From: Suipraeoptans intestinalis
GTDB lineage: Bacteria; Bacillota; Clostridia; Lachnospirales; Lachnospiraceae
Direction: 5' to 3'
Length of the DNA: 64,000 nt
Assembly (NCBI RefSeq): GCF_009696485.1
Contig: NZ_VULY01000018.1
Location: 2,157,906 to 2,221,905, forward strand
The position numbers and the translations under genes were made by a program. The notes beneath the pieces were generated by a model. It worked only from the letters and a program-made list of their open reading frames with translations, had not been told where the DNA came from and searched no databases. The stretch's first letter is position 1. Each line of letters starts with the position of its first letter. Shown piece by piece: positions 30,921-41,000 of the stretch.

Positions 30921-31243
30921 CGGTGGGACAGCAGATGATCCTGATCGGCCTGATCGTACTGGGAACGGTTCTGACGCGGTTTTTTCCCTTTCTGCTATTT
31001 CCCGGAGGGAAGGAAACGCCAAAGTATATCGTCTATCTGGGTAAAGTGCTTCCTATGGCGGTATTTGGCCTTCTGGTAGTGTATTCTGTAAAACAGGTAC
31101 ACATACTTCAAAGACCGTATGGGATTCCGGAGGCTCTTGGGATTTTGGCGGTCATAGCCCTGCATTGCTGGAAAAAACAGATGCTTTTGTCCATTGGAGG
31201 AGGAACGGTGTTTTATATGTTGCTGGTGCAGCTGGTCTTTTAG
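30917..31243 (+). CDS. azlD: Branched-chain amino acid transport protein AzlD
   Basis: About 108-aa 4-TM protein, start overlapping the azlC stop (ATGA); typical azlCD pairing. Confidence 0.8.
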   Translation: MTVGQQMILIGLIVLGTVLTRFFPFLLFPGGKETPKYIVYLGKVLPMAVFGLLVVYSVKQVHILQRPYGIPEALGILAVIALHCWKKQMLLSIGGGTVFYMLLVQLVF

Positions 31244-31367
31244 CCGGAGGAAACATCCGGGAGGGAACAGTACAGAAAACACAGGGAAGAAATCAGATTT
31301 TACGGAGAAGATGGCGGCGCAAGCCGCAGGAGATAACGCTTGCAAAAAGCAGGAAAGGAGATAGGAT

Positions 31368-32633
31368 ATGGGATTGATCAAAGCAGGATTCGGTGCGGCA
31401 GGAGGAACCTTGGCAGATCAGTGGAAGGAGTTTTTCTATTGTGACGCTCTGGAGGGGGACGTGCTGGCGGTACGAGGAGAAAAAAGAGTCGGAGGCCGTT
31501 CCTCCAACAAAAAAGGGAACGACAACGTGATCTCTAATGGTTCAGGGATCGCAGTGGCAGACGGCCAGTGCATGATGATCGTGGAGCAGGGAAAAGTGGT
31601 GGAGGTCTGTGCAGAGCCGGGAGAATACACCTACGACACTTCCACAGAACCCAGCATTTTTACGGGAAGTCTGGGAGAAAGCATCAAGGAGGTTTTCCGG
31701 ACGATAGGAAAACGGTTTACCTTTGGGGGAGATACGGGAAAGGATCAGAGAGTTTACTATTTTAATACCAAGGAGATTATGGACAATAAATTTGGGACAG
31801 CCAATCCCTTTTTGTTCCGGGTGGTGGATAAAAATGTAGGGCTGGACCGGGATGTATCGGTGCGCTGCAATGGGATCTATTCCTACCGGATCACCAATCC
31901 GCTGCTGTTTTATACCAATGTGTGCGGAAATGTAGAAAATATATATGAAAGAGAAGAGATAGACGGGCAGTTAAAGACGGAGTTTGTCAGCGCACTGCAG
32001 CCGGCTTTTGCCAAGCTGTCTCTGTTAGAACTGCGGCCCAGCCAGATTCCGGCACATTCTGCGGAACTGGAACAGGCTATGAATGAAGTGCTGACGAAAA
32101 AATGGTCGGAGCAAAGAGGGATTACGGTAGTGTCGGTAGCCATGAATCCCATCACACTGAAAGAGGAAGACCTTCAGAAGATCCAGCAGGCACAGGACAG
32201 TGCGATCCTGAGGGATCCCACCATGCTGGCAGCAACGCTGGGCGGAGCGCAGGCAGAGGCAATGAAAGCGGCGGCAGCCAATCCCAACGGAGCCATGATG
32301 GGATTTATGGGAATGAACATGGCGGGAAATGCCACAGGGACCAATGTGCAGAATCTCTTTGAAATGGGGGAACAAAGGCAGGCACAGCAGATGGGGGCAG
32401 GAACTTTTGCTTCGGGACAGCAGATGCAGACAGGACAGGTGCAGCAGTGGTTCTGCCCATCCTGCAAAACGGCCAACGAAGGAAAGTTTTGCTGTAATTG
32501 TGGCACAAAAAAGCCGGAAGGAAGCGCAGGCTACCGATGTGATAAGTGTGGATGGCAGCCACAGGCAGGACAGAATCCGCCGAAATTTTGTCCGGAATGT
32601 GGAGATCCGTTTCGCGAGGAGGATAAGATCTGA
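31368..32633 (+). CDS. SPFH (stomatin/prohibitin/band-7)-like domain protein with C-terminal double zinc ribbon (COG4260-like)
   Basis: N-terminus MGLIKAGFGAAGGTLADQWKEFF typical of this family; Q/M/G-rich linker; C-terminal CPSC...CCNCG and CDKCG...CPECG zinc ribbons. Confidence 0.7.
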   Translation: MGLIKAGFGAAGGTLADQWKEFFYCDALEGDVLAVRGEKRVGGRSSNKKGNDNVISNGSGIAVADGQCMMIVEQGKVVEVCAEPGEYTYDTSTEPSIFTGSLGESIKEVFRTIGKRFTFGGDTGKDQRVYYFNTKEIMDNKFGTANPFLFRVVDKNVGLDRDVSVRCNGIYSYRITNPLLFYTNVCGNVENIYEREEIDGQLKTEFVSALQPAFAKLSLLELRPSQIPAHSAELEQAMNEVLTKKWSEQRGITVVSVAMNPITLKEEDLQKIQQAQDSAILRDPTMLAATLGGAQAEAMKAAAANPNGAMMGFMGMNMAGNATGTNVQNLFEMGEQRQAQQMGAGTFASGQQMQTGQVQQWFCPSCKTANEGKFCCNCGTKKPEGSAGYRCDKCGWQPQAGQNPPKFCPECGDPFREEDKI

Positions 32634-32635
32634 AC

Positions 32636-33790
32636 ATGACAGGTACAGTGGAATATAAATGTCCCGCGTGCGGGGGCGCCATGGAGTTTGACAGCGCTAC
32701 CCAGAAGATGAAATGCCCCTTTTGTGGGACGGAACTGGAAGTAGAGGAATTTCTCAGACTGCAGGAGCAGGAGGAGGCGAAGCGCGCAGAAACGTCAGGG
32801 GTATCAGAACTGTCTGAGCCTGCGGAGGTGAAAGCGGGGGAAAGCGCCCAAAAGCCGGAGGAGCAGAAATCCTGGGAATCCGAAAAAGAGGGATGGTCCC
32901 CGGAAGAAGCGGAACAGATCTGCGTTTATATCTGTCAGTCCTGCGGAGGAGAGATCGTGGCAGAAGCGACCACAGGCGCCATGTCCTGTCCGTTTTGCGG
33001 CAACCATGTGACCGTTCGCGGGAAATTTGAACAGGATGCAAAACCGGATTACGTCATTCCCTTCAAGAAAAACAAACAGGAGGCAAAAGCGGCTTACCGG
33101 AAGCATTTGGAAAGAAAGCCTTTTTTGCCCAAGGTGTTTTCCAAAGAAAATCACATAGATGAGATCAGAGGGCTTTATGTGCCCTTTTGGATTTTTGATA
33201 CACAGGCGGAGGGCGATATTTCCTACGAAGGAGAGAAGATCCGGAAGTGGAGGATCGGAGATATCGAGTATACGGAACATGAGCTGTACCAGATACAAAG
33301 AAGCGGAAGAATAGAATTCAGGCACATTCCAGCAGATGCTTCCAGAAAAATGGAAGACACCCTGATGGAATCCATTGAGCCTTACGAGTTTTCCGAGGCG
33401 GTGCCGTTTGAACTGGCGTACCTGGCAGGCTACGTGGCAGACCGTTACGACGTGGAAAGAAAAGAGTGTGAAAAGCGGGCGAAGGAAAGGGTAAAAGCCA
33501 GCGTAGAAAGAGAATTTGCGGCTACGGTGGAAGGGTATCTGGCGGTCAGCTGTACCGACAGCAGGCTGGATGTCTCCAAGGGAAGATACTGGTACACCCT
33601 GTATCCGGTCTGGATGCTGAATACCACCTGGAAGGGCAAACAATATACCTTTGCCATGAATGGGCAGACCGGGAAGTTTGTAGGAGATCTTCCCATGGAT
33701 AAGAAGGCATTTTGGATGTTTGTCCTTCCCTGTGGACTGATACTGAGCGTGGTGATCTATGCCATCGTATGGCTGTTGTCCATGTTGTAG
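32636..33790 (+). CDS. Zinc-ribbon domain membrane protein (two N-terminal CxxC...CxxC ribbons, C-terminal TM anchor)
   Basis: CPACGG...CPFCG and CQSCGG...CPFCG motifs; conserved-looking central domain; single C-terminal TM helix FWMFVLPCGLILSVVIYAIVWLL. Confidence 0.6.
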   Translation: MTGTVEYKCPACGGAMEFDSATQKMKCPFCGTELEVEEFLRLQEQEEAKRAETSGVSELSEPAEVKAGESAQKPEEQKSWESEKEGWSPEEAEQICVYICQSCGGEIVAEATTGAMSCPFCGNHVTVRGKFEQDAKPDYVIPFKKNKQEAKAAYRKHLERKPFLPKVFSKENHIDEIRGLYVPFWIFDTQAEGDISYEGEKIRKWRIGDIEYTEHELYQIQRSGRIEFRHIPADASRKMEDTLMESIEPYEFSEAVPFELAYLAGYVADRYDVERKECEKRAKERVKASVEREFAATVEGYLAVSCTDSRLDVSKGRYWYTLYPVWMLNTTWKGKQYTFAMNGQTGKFVGDLPMDKKAFWMFVLPCGLILSVVIYAIVWLLSML

Positions 33791-33802
33791 GAGGGAAAAC
33801 GC

Positions 33803-34606
33803 ATGAAAAAAAGAAGAAGACTTCTTGCGGTGGGGATTTTGTTTCTGGCAGTGCTGGCCGGATGGGCGACCGGCGGGGAAGCGTCGGGACATCCGTCAGA
33901 AAGAATCCTGGATCAGGCAGACCTTTTGACGGACCGGGAGGAGAGCAGGCTGTCACAGCTTCTGGACAGGTACAGTCAAGAGAATCAATGTGATATTGTG
34001 GCGGCTACGGTGGATTCCCTGGGAAACAAGACGGCGCAGGAGGCGGCGGACGATCTGTTTGATGAAAAGGGATATGGCACAGGAACGGAAAGAGACGGGA
34101 TTCTCTTACTGGTCAGCATGGAGCGCCGGGACTGGGCCATCAGCACCTCCGGATTTGCCATGCAGGCGTTCTCCTTGGACGGGCAGACGTATATCATGGA
34201 TCAGGTAAAGCCTCTTCTTGGGGAAGAAGAGTATTTCCAGGCATTTCAGACATATGCAAACCTGTCTGCGGAGCTTGTGGAACAGGCAAGGGAAGGGAAT
34301 CCTTACGGAGAGGGAAAGAGCTCCGGAAAGCCGGTTCCTCTCTACTGGATCCCGGTGAGTATAATCCTGGGAATGGGACTGGCATGGGTATTTGGAAGAA
34401 TCAGAGCCTCTGCATTAAAATCTGTCACAGGAGAGAAGCTGGCAGCCAGGTACATCGTTCCAAAGAGCTTCCATCTGACGGTCAGACAGGATCAGCTGAT
34501 CCGAAAATTTGTTACCACCAGAAGAATAGAAAAAAGCGGGTCGGGAAGCGGAGCGCACACAAGCTCTTCCGGCAGAACCCATGGCGGTTCCAGCGGAAAA
34601 TTTTAG
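33803..34606 (+). CDS. TPM-domain protein (YgcG-like): signal peptide, TPM domain, TM helix, Gly/Ser-rich tail
   Basis: Signal peptide, ILDQADLLTD...ATVDSLGN...GILLLVSMERRDWAIS TPM (TLP/MOLO-1/YgcG) pattern, TM WIPVSIILGMGLAWVFG, tail SGSGSGAHTSSSGRTHGGSSGKF. Confidence 0.75.
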   Translation: MKKRRRLLAVGILFLAVLAGWATGGEASGHPSERILDQADLLTDREESRLSQLLDRYSQENQCDIVAATVDSLGNKTAQEAADDLFDEKGYGTGTERDGILLLVSMERRDWAISTSGFAMQAFSLDGQTYIMDQVKPLLGEEEYFQAFQTYANLSAELVEQAREGNPYGEGKSSGKPVPLYWIPVSIILGMGLAWVFGRIRASALKSVTGEKLAARYIVPKSFHLTVRQDQLIRKFVTTRRIEKSGSGSGAHTSSSGRTHGGSSGKF

Positions 34607-34628
34607 GAGGAAAGCTGTACGCATACAA

Positions 34629-34660
34629 AAAGAAGGAGGCATCAGGCGTCCTTCTTTTTG
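34629..34660 (+). terminator. Intrinsic terminator after the TPM gene
   Basis: GAAGGAGGC-atcag-GCGTCCTTC stem plus TTTTTG; followed by promoter TTGAAC-17-TGcTATATT (34782-34811). Confidence 0.7.
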
Positions 34661-34844
34661 TATAAGAATCCATGGGGAATTTCCCTGAAAAATCCGAAAG
34701 GATCCGTTGCCGAAAGAAGGGCAAAAGCCTGTAGAAAAAGAAGGAAACAGAGGGAAACCGGGAGCTGACTCATATTGAACCGGGAAAAAAATTGTGCTAT
34801 ATTGGAGACAGCAAAACTATATCAATTTGACGGAGGACAACAAA

Positions 34845-36236
34845 ATGGAACGTAAAAATGTCTGGAAAGAGTATACCAAAGAGCAGCTGGACCAAGTGGA
34901 AGCTATGGCAGTGCGCTACAAGACCTGTCTGGATCTGGGGAAGACAGAAAGGGAATGTGTAAAAATCTCCATAGACATGGCGAAAGAGAGAGGATATGTA
35001 GACCTGAACGAATGTATTGCGCAGGGAAAGACTCTGAAAGCCGGAGATAAGGTGTATGCATCCTGGATGGGTAAGGCGGTAGCCTTCTTCCATATCGGAG
35101 AAAGACCGTTGGAAGAGGGGATGAACATCCTGGGAGCCCACATTGATTCTCCCAGGATCGACCTGAAGCAGAATCCGCTGTACGAAGATTCGGAGCTGGC
35201 TTTTCTGGACACACACTATTATGGCGGTATCAAAAAATACCACTGGGTAGCCATGCCGCTGGCACTTCACGGAGTAGTGGCAAAGAAGGACGGGACGGTT
35301 CAGGAAGTGGTGATCGGAGAAAGGGAGGAAGATCCGGTTCTGGTCATTACAGACCTGCTGATCCATCTGTCACAGGAGCAGATGGAGAAGAAGGCAAGTG
35401 TCGTGATCGAGGGAGAAAACCTGGATGTGCTGGTAGGAAGCAGACCTTTGACGGGAGAGGAAAAGAAAGAAGGAGAAGAGGTAAAAGAAGCGATCCTCAA
35501 ATTCCTGAAGGACACCTATGACATAGAAGAAGAGGACTTTCTGTCTGCAGAGCTGGAACTGGTTCCGGCAGGAAAGGCAAGAGACTGCGGACTGGATCGG
35601 AGCATGGTCATGGGATATGGGCAGGATGACAGGGTATGTGCCTTCACCTCCCTGTTTGCCATGCTGGAAGCAGACGCTCTGAAGCGGACGGGCTGCTGCC
35701 TTCTGGTAGACAAGGAAGAAATCGGAAGTATGGGAGCAAGCGGGATGCAGTCCAGATTTTTCGAGGATATGGTGGAGGAAGTGGCTCTGTTGACAGGAAA
35801 CGGCAATACGGTTGCGGCGAGAAGAACTCTGCGGAATTCTTTCATGCTGTCTTCGGATGTAAGCGCCGCCTTTGATCCTTTGTATGCCAGTGCTTTTGAA
35901 AAGAAGAATACGGCGTTCTTTGGGAAAGGAATGGTGCTGAACAAATACACAGGTGTTCGAGGCAAGGCAGGAAGCAGTGATGCCAATGCAGAATACATTG
36001 CAAAGATCCGCAAAGTGTTTGCGGACAGGCAGATCGCTTTCCAGACGGCAGAGCTGGGAAGAGTCGATCTGGGCGGCGGCGGTACCATTGCCTATATCAT
36101 GGCGAATTACGGAATGAACGTAATCGACAGCGGAGTGGCTGTTCTGGCCATGCATGCACCCTATGAGATCAGCAGCAAGGCAGATATTTACGAGACCTGT
36201 CGGGGATATAAGGCCTTTTTGGAAGAGATGGAATAG
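34845..36236 (+). CDS. M18 family aminopeptidase
   Basis: M18 motifs ILGAHIDSPR, HYYGGIKKYHW, MGYGQDDRVC, metal-binding HAPYE; RBS ACGGAGGA before ATG 34845. Confidence 0.85.
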   Translation: MERKNVWKEYTKEQLDQVEAMAVRYKTCLDLGKTERECVKISIDMAKERGYVDLNECIAQGKTLKAGDKVYASWMGKAVAFFHIGERPLEEGMNILGAHIDSPRIDLKQNPLYEDSELAFLDTHYYGGIKKYHWVAMPLALHGVVAKKDGTVQEVVIGEREEDPVLVITDLLIHLSQEQMEKKASVVIEGENLDVLVGSRPLTGEEKKEGEEVKEAILKFLKDTYDIEEEDFLSAELELVPAGKARDCGLDRSMVMGYGQDDRVCAFTSLFAMLEADALKRTGCCLLVDKEEIGSMGASGMQSRFFEDMVEEVALLTGNGNTVAARRTLRNSFMLSSDVSAAFDPLYASAFEKKNTAFFGKGMVLNKYTGVRGKAGSSDANAEYIAKIRKVFADRQIAFQTAELGRVDLGGGGTIAYIMANYGMNVIDSGVAVLAMHAPYEISSKADIYETCRGYKAFLEEME

Positions 36237-36247
36237 GGGGAAGCGTG

Positions 36248-36592
36248 ATGACGAAAGCAGGAGAAAGAGAAGTAGTGCGGGCAGAGCATGTCAACGGAGG
36301 AGCCGGATACATCCTAAAGGAAGCTCTCCTGAATCAGGAGGAGATGGGAGCGCACTGCCGGATGTTCAGCAAGGTTGTTATCCCGCCGGGAGGCGAGCTT
36401 GGATGTCATGAGCATGTGGGAGAGACGGAAACCTACTATATTTTGTCCGGACAGGGCGTTTACACCGACAACGGAACGGAGCTGACGGCAGAAGCGGGAG
36501 ATGTTTTCTTCTGTAAGGATGGAGACAGCCACGGTCTGAGAAATACGGGAACAGAGGACATTGCCTTTGTGGCAGTGATCCTGAAAAAGTAG
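36248..36592 (+). CDS. Cupin domain protein
   Basis: Cupin motifs GCHEHVGETETYYILSG and GDVFFCKDGDSHGLRN. Confidence 0.8.
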   Translation: MTKAGEREVVRAEHVNGGAGYILKEALLNQEEMGAHCRMFSKVVIPPGGELGCHEHVGETETYYILSGQGVYTDNGTELTAEAGDVFFCKDGDSHGLRNTGTEDIAFVAVILKK

Positions 36593-36635
36593 CGTAGAAG
36601 CAAAGACAGAATACAAAGACAGGATACAGATACAA

Positions 36636-36683
36636 AGAGGATCCACAAACAGCCAGAGAGACAGCTGACGGGATCCTCTTTTG
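36636..36683 (+). terminator. Putative terminator after the cupin gene
   Basis: AGAGGATCC...GGATCCTCT 9-bp stem (long 26-nt loop) followed by TTTT. Confidence 0.45.
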
Positions 36684-36812
36684 GTGTCACAGACAAAAAG
36701 AAACCACCTGCCTAGTCGGTGCCCCTGATTTCGACAGAAACGAGCCAGAGCGCAGGCTTGCCCAAGACCCCGGCGACTGCAGGGGGACCGGAATGCCTGT
36801 GCAGTTCGGTGA

Positions 36813-37910
36813 TCAGGCATATTGGGCAAACAGTCTTTGAAAAAATTCCAGCAGCCGCTGATCTTCCTGTGGCAGGCGGTAGCAGAAGCGGACATATTCT
36901 CCCTTTAGCCCTGCAAAAGAAGAGCAGTCCCGGATCAGAAATCCTTCCCGGATGGCGGCCTCAAAGACCTGCGGGGAAGTCGGGCCGCGCAGGATCTGCA
37001 CCAGCTGGAAGTTGGCAAAGGAAGGATATAGTTTCAGAGCGGGAATGGTAGACAGCGCTTTCTGGCAGCGCAGGCGTTCCTGCCGGATCAGTTCCTTCGT
37101 CTGTTGGATGTAGTCGGTATCCTGAAACAGCCGTTCTCCGGCAAAGGCTGCGATGCTGTTTAGGCTCCAGGGATTCTGAAGCTTCTGCAGATGGGCCAGG
37201 AAGTGCCGACTGCCGGTGACGCCGTAGCCCAGACGCAGGCCGGGTGCGGCGAAAAACTTGGAAACACCCCGGATGACCATCAGGTTGTCATAGCGCGTTG
37301 TCAGAGAAACAGAGGAAATGTTGTCCGCAGGGGCGAACTCCACATAGGTTTCATCGATCATCACATAGATGTTTCTGGCTTTGCAGAAGCGTATGATCTC
37401 TTCCATCTCGTCCAGGCAGATGGCGGAGGAGGTGGGATTGTTGGGGTTACAAAGGATCAGAAGGGAGATGGTTTCATCCAGCGCCTGAAGAAAATGAGGA
37501 AGATTCAGGCGAAAATCATCCTCTCTGCGAAGGAAATAAGAAACCTTGCCGCAGCCGTTCAGGGAAAGCTCCCGTTCGTATTCCGAATAGGACGGAGAAA
37601 GGAGCAATGCCCTTTTCCGGGCGTACAGTCGGATAAACAAAGAGATCAGCTCTGTAGATCCGTTGCCGATGGCGACGGAAGAGGGGGAAACATCCAGATA
37701 CTGCCCGATGGCCTCTTTCAGAGCCGTATAATTCCGGTCCGGGTATCTGGTGACAACATCCAGATGAGCTGCCAGCTCCTGACGGACGGCAGGGGAAAAT
37801 CCCAGAGGATTTACGTTGTCGGCAAAGGGAAGGATGGACTCGGGAGGGATCCGGTAAAAAGCGGATATTTCTTCCAGATCACTTCCGTGAAAGGTGGTTG
37901 TTTTTGTCAT
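36813..37910 (-). CDS. PLP-dependent aminotransferase, HisC/CobD family (possible threonine-phosphate decarboxylase)
   Basis: Class II aminotransferase fold with N-terminus HGSDLEEISAFYRIP...FADNVNPLGFSP (CobD-like HGG.../ANINP pattern) and a GVSKFFAAPGLRLGY PLP-lysine region. Confidence 0.7.
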   Translation of the reverse strand: MTKTTTFHGSDLEEISAFYRIPPESILPFADNVNPLGFSPAVRQELAAHLDVVTRYPDRNYTALKEAIGQYLDVSPSSVAIGNGSTELISLFIRLYARKRALLLSPSYSEYERELSLNGCGKVSYFLRREDDFRLNLPHFLQALDETISLLILCNPNNPTSSAICLDEMEEIIRFCKARNIYVMIDETYVEFAPADNISSVSLTTRYDNLMVIRGVSKFFAAPGLRLGYGVTGSRHFLAHLQKLQNPWSLNSIAAFAGERLFQDTDYIQQTKELIRQERLRCQKALSTIPALKLYPSFANFQLVQILRGPTSPQVFEAAIREGFLIRDCSSFAGLKGEYVRFCYRLPQEDQRLLEFFQRLFAQYA

Positions 37911-38039
37911 ATATAGGGTCCTCCTGTCATTGTGTTCAAGATTTTGTGTCTATTCCATTGCTATTTTCCTTAGAGTGATGATATAATTTATTATAATTAT
38001 GCGTGTAGAAAAAAGCAATGGAAGAAGCAGGTGTGAAAG

Positions 38040-41000
38040 TTGAAGAATAAGATTCAAAAATTTTCAAAAGGGGATTTTCAGGAATCCAGGACACAGGTGG
38101 TGCTGGATGAGACCAATCTGGTTTTGATCATCGGAGAGGGAGAAGTCTATCGGGGGAGTTTTACAATCCGGACCAATGGAAAGGGAACGGTAAGAGGGCT
38201 GGTCTATCCCTCTTCTTTTCGCGTCAGTTTCAAGGACCAGGGATTTGAAGGCAATCCGGCCAGGGTCGAGTTTACCTACGACGGAAGAGGACTGCGCCCC
38301 GGACATGTGGAGGAAGGAAAGTTTACGGTGGTCTGCAATGGAGGAGAGCTGGATCTGGCCTTTACGGCGATCATCGAAAAGCCTTATGTGATGACCTCCT
38401 ACGGCAAAGTCCAGAGTACGGATGATTTTCGGAAACTTGCCATTAAGGATTTTTCGGAAGCGGTGCGGCTTTTCCGCTCCAGAGAATTTTATGAGATCTT
38501 AAAATACGAAAACGAACGGATTTTTCACCTGTATGACAATATGAGAAAATGGTCCCTGGGAGAACAGGCGATGGAGGAGTTTCTGGTGGGGATCAAGCAG
38601 AAGGAGTGTATCTTCCTGACCATGCAGGGAGACGGGATGCTGTTTGAAGACATCCAGGAGCCTACCAAGGGGACACTGACTCTGATGAAGAATACCTGGG
38701 GATTCATGCCGGTCAGGATCGAGACGGAAGGGGAGTTTCTACGGGTTTCCCGCACGCAGTTAAGTACCGATGATTTTGTAGGAAATGTGTACGAGGTAGA
38801 ATATGTGGTGCGTCCGGAAAAGCTGCACGGAGGCCGGAACTTTGGCATGCTGAAGTTTGTCACGCCCTACGAGGAGCTGACCTACCAGGTGGAAGTGCTT
38901 CAGAATCAGGAATATCATGACGATCATGGGATCGCGGAGCTTTTGAAGGCGCAGATCCTGAAAGAATATATCGGATATGTTGCAGGCAGAAATGAACTGG
39001 GACGATGGGTGGACAGCGCCACGGAAAAGATGACGGCGCTGCGAAAGATAGACCCTCTGAATGAAATGTACCAGCTGATGCAGGCGCATGTGTACCTGTT
39101 CGGCAACAAGGTGGAGGAAGCAAAGTGGATCCTTGAGAATTATAACTACAACCGTTTTGCCATCGGAAAGGATCCGGTCACCAATTGCTACTATCTGTTT
39201 TTGACGGCGATGGTCAGGGGAAAGGGCAATCATGTGGAGCGGGTGCTGGACGAGATCGGGAAGACCTACATGAAGCATCAGGATTCCTGGTTTTTGCTGT
39301 TTATGATCATGAAGCTGGATCCCCGCTACAAAAACCCGTACAAACGGATCGAAGTGCTGGAACAGCAGTTTCAGTATGGAATCAACGAAGCGTTGTTTCT
39401 GCTGGAATCCTACCTGTGCTACCAGGAGAAGCCGATCCTGCTGAAAAAACTGGGACGGTTTGAGATCCAGGTACTGAATTTTGCGTCCAAATACCGGCTG
39501 ATGACCAGGGAACTGGCGCTGTATGTGGCCAATTTTGCCAGCCAGCAGAAGCAGTACAGTGACGAGATGTTCCGGATCCTGGAGCGTATCTACAAAATGT
39601 ACAGTGAGCCGATGATCTTAAACACCATCAGCACCTTCCTGATGAAGGGAGATAAAAAAGAGCAGAGGTATTTTGGCTGGTATCAGAAAGCGGTGGAGGC
39701 GAAGCTGAAGATCGCAAGGCTGTATGAATATTACATGATGACGATCCGGGAAGATGTGGTAAGAGGGCCTCTTCCCAAGGAGATCCTCCTTTACTTTATG
39801 CACGGGAATTCCCTGGACTACAGAAAGGCGGCTCTTTTATATACCAACCTGGTGACCTACGAGGAACAGGCGGGAGATTTGTACCTGGCTTACCGGGAGC
39901 AGATGGTGGCTTTTACCTGGGAGCAGTTGGAGAAGCGTCATATCACAGAATCCCTTCGGGTTTTGTATAAGCGCTTTTGCCGGGAGGAAGAGATGACGCC
40001 GGAGAGGATGGAGGCGATGCGGGATATCTGCTATTCCTACGAGATCACTACCAGGGTGCCCAATATGAAGTGCGTGCTGGTGATCGAAAAGGACGGAAGC
40101 ATCCGACAGCGGATCCCCTATACGGAAGAGGGAACCATCGTCCGCTTGTACGACAAGGAGTCCAGAGTGGTGTGGGAGTCGGTGGAAGGCCGCTATTACA
40201 CAGACTCGGTGGCTTATGAGACGAAACGCCTCTTTTATGAACCGAGGTTTCTGGAAATGTGCCGCAACTATGAGGGCGGCACAGGGGCGTGGAAACAGGA
40301 GCAGAAAAAAGAAGAGCCTACGTTTGAGAACATTCATCAGAAAGGACTGGATGCCTTCGATGAAAAGGATGTATTTATCCTCTGCAGCAAACGGATCCGG
40401 GAAGACAACTACGAAGAAGATGACTTCCTGAGCCATCTTTGTTTTGAACTGTTTAAGCGGGGACAGTACGATAAAGTCACCCTCACCTACCTGGCAAGTT
40501 ACTACTGCGGAGCAACTTCGGACATGAAGCGTCTGTGGAAGGCTCTGAAGGAGTATGAAGTGCCTGCCCATAAGGTGGGAGAACGGATCATTACCCAGAT
40601 GGTCTTTTCGGAAAACCTGTTCGGGGAAGAAAAGATCTTTGAGGATTATTATCTGACGGATATGGTATATTTCCGATTAAAGCAGGCGTACCTGGCCTAT
40701 GTTGCTAGAGAATACATTTTGTACGAGAGAGAACTGGAAGAAAGCGTGTTCCAGATCATTGGGAACGAGTGCGAGAAAAAGGAAGATCTGCCGGATGTAT
40801 GCAAAATTGCCCTTCTGAAGTTCTACGCCGGAAAAAGCTGTTCCTCCGACATGGAGGCGGTGCTGCACCAGGCGCTGCGGGAGATGTGTGAAAAGCAGAT
40901 CGTATTCCCCTTTTACTTTCAGTACCGGGAAGAGTGGCTGCGGGAGGTGCTGTTGTACGATAAGGTGCTGCTGTCCTACCGGGGCAGACCGGGCAGCAGC

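Noticed and set aside
32804-33892. 362-aa ORF on the minus strand
   Set aside because: Antisense to the Zn-ribbon membrane protein and TPM genes. No domain content.
39837-40571. 244-aa ORF on the minus strand inside the 1096-aa gene
   Set aside because: Embedded antisense frame. The plus-strand long ORF with RBS and operon coupling is far more plausible.
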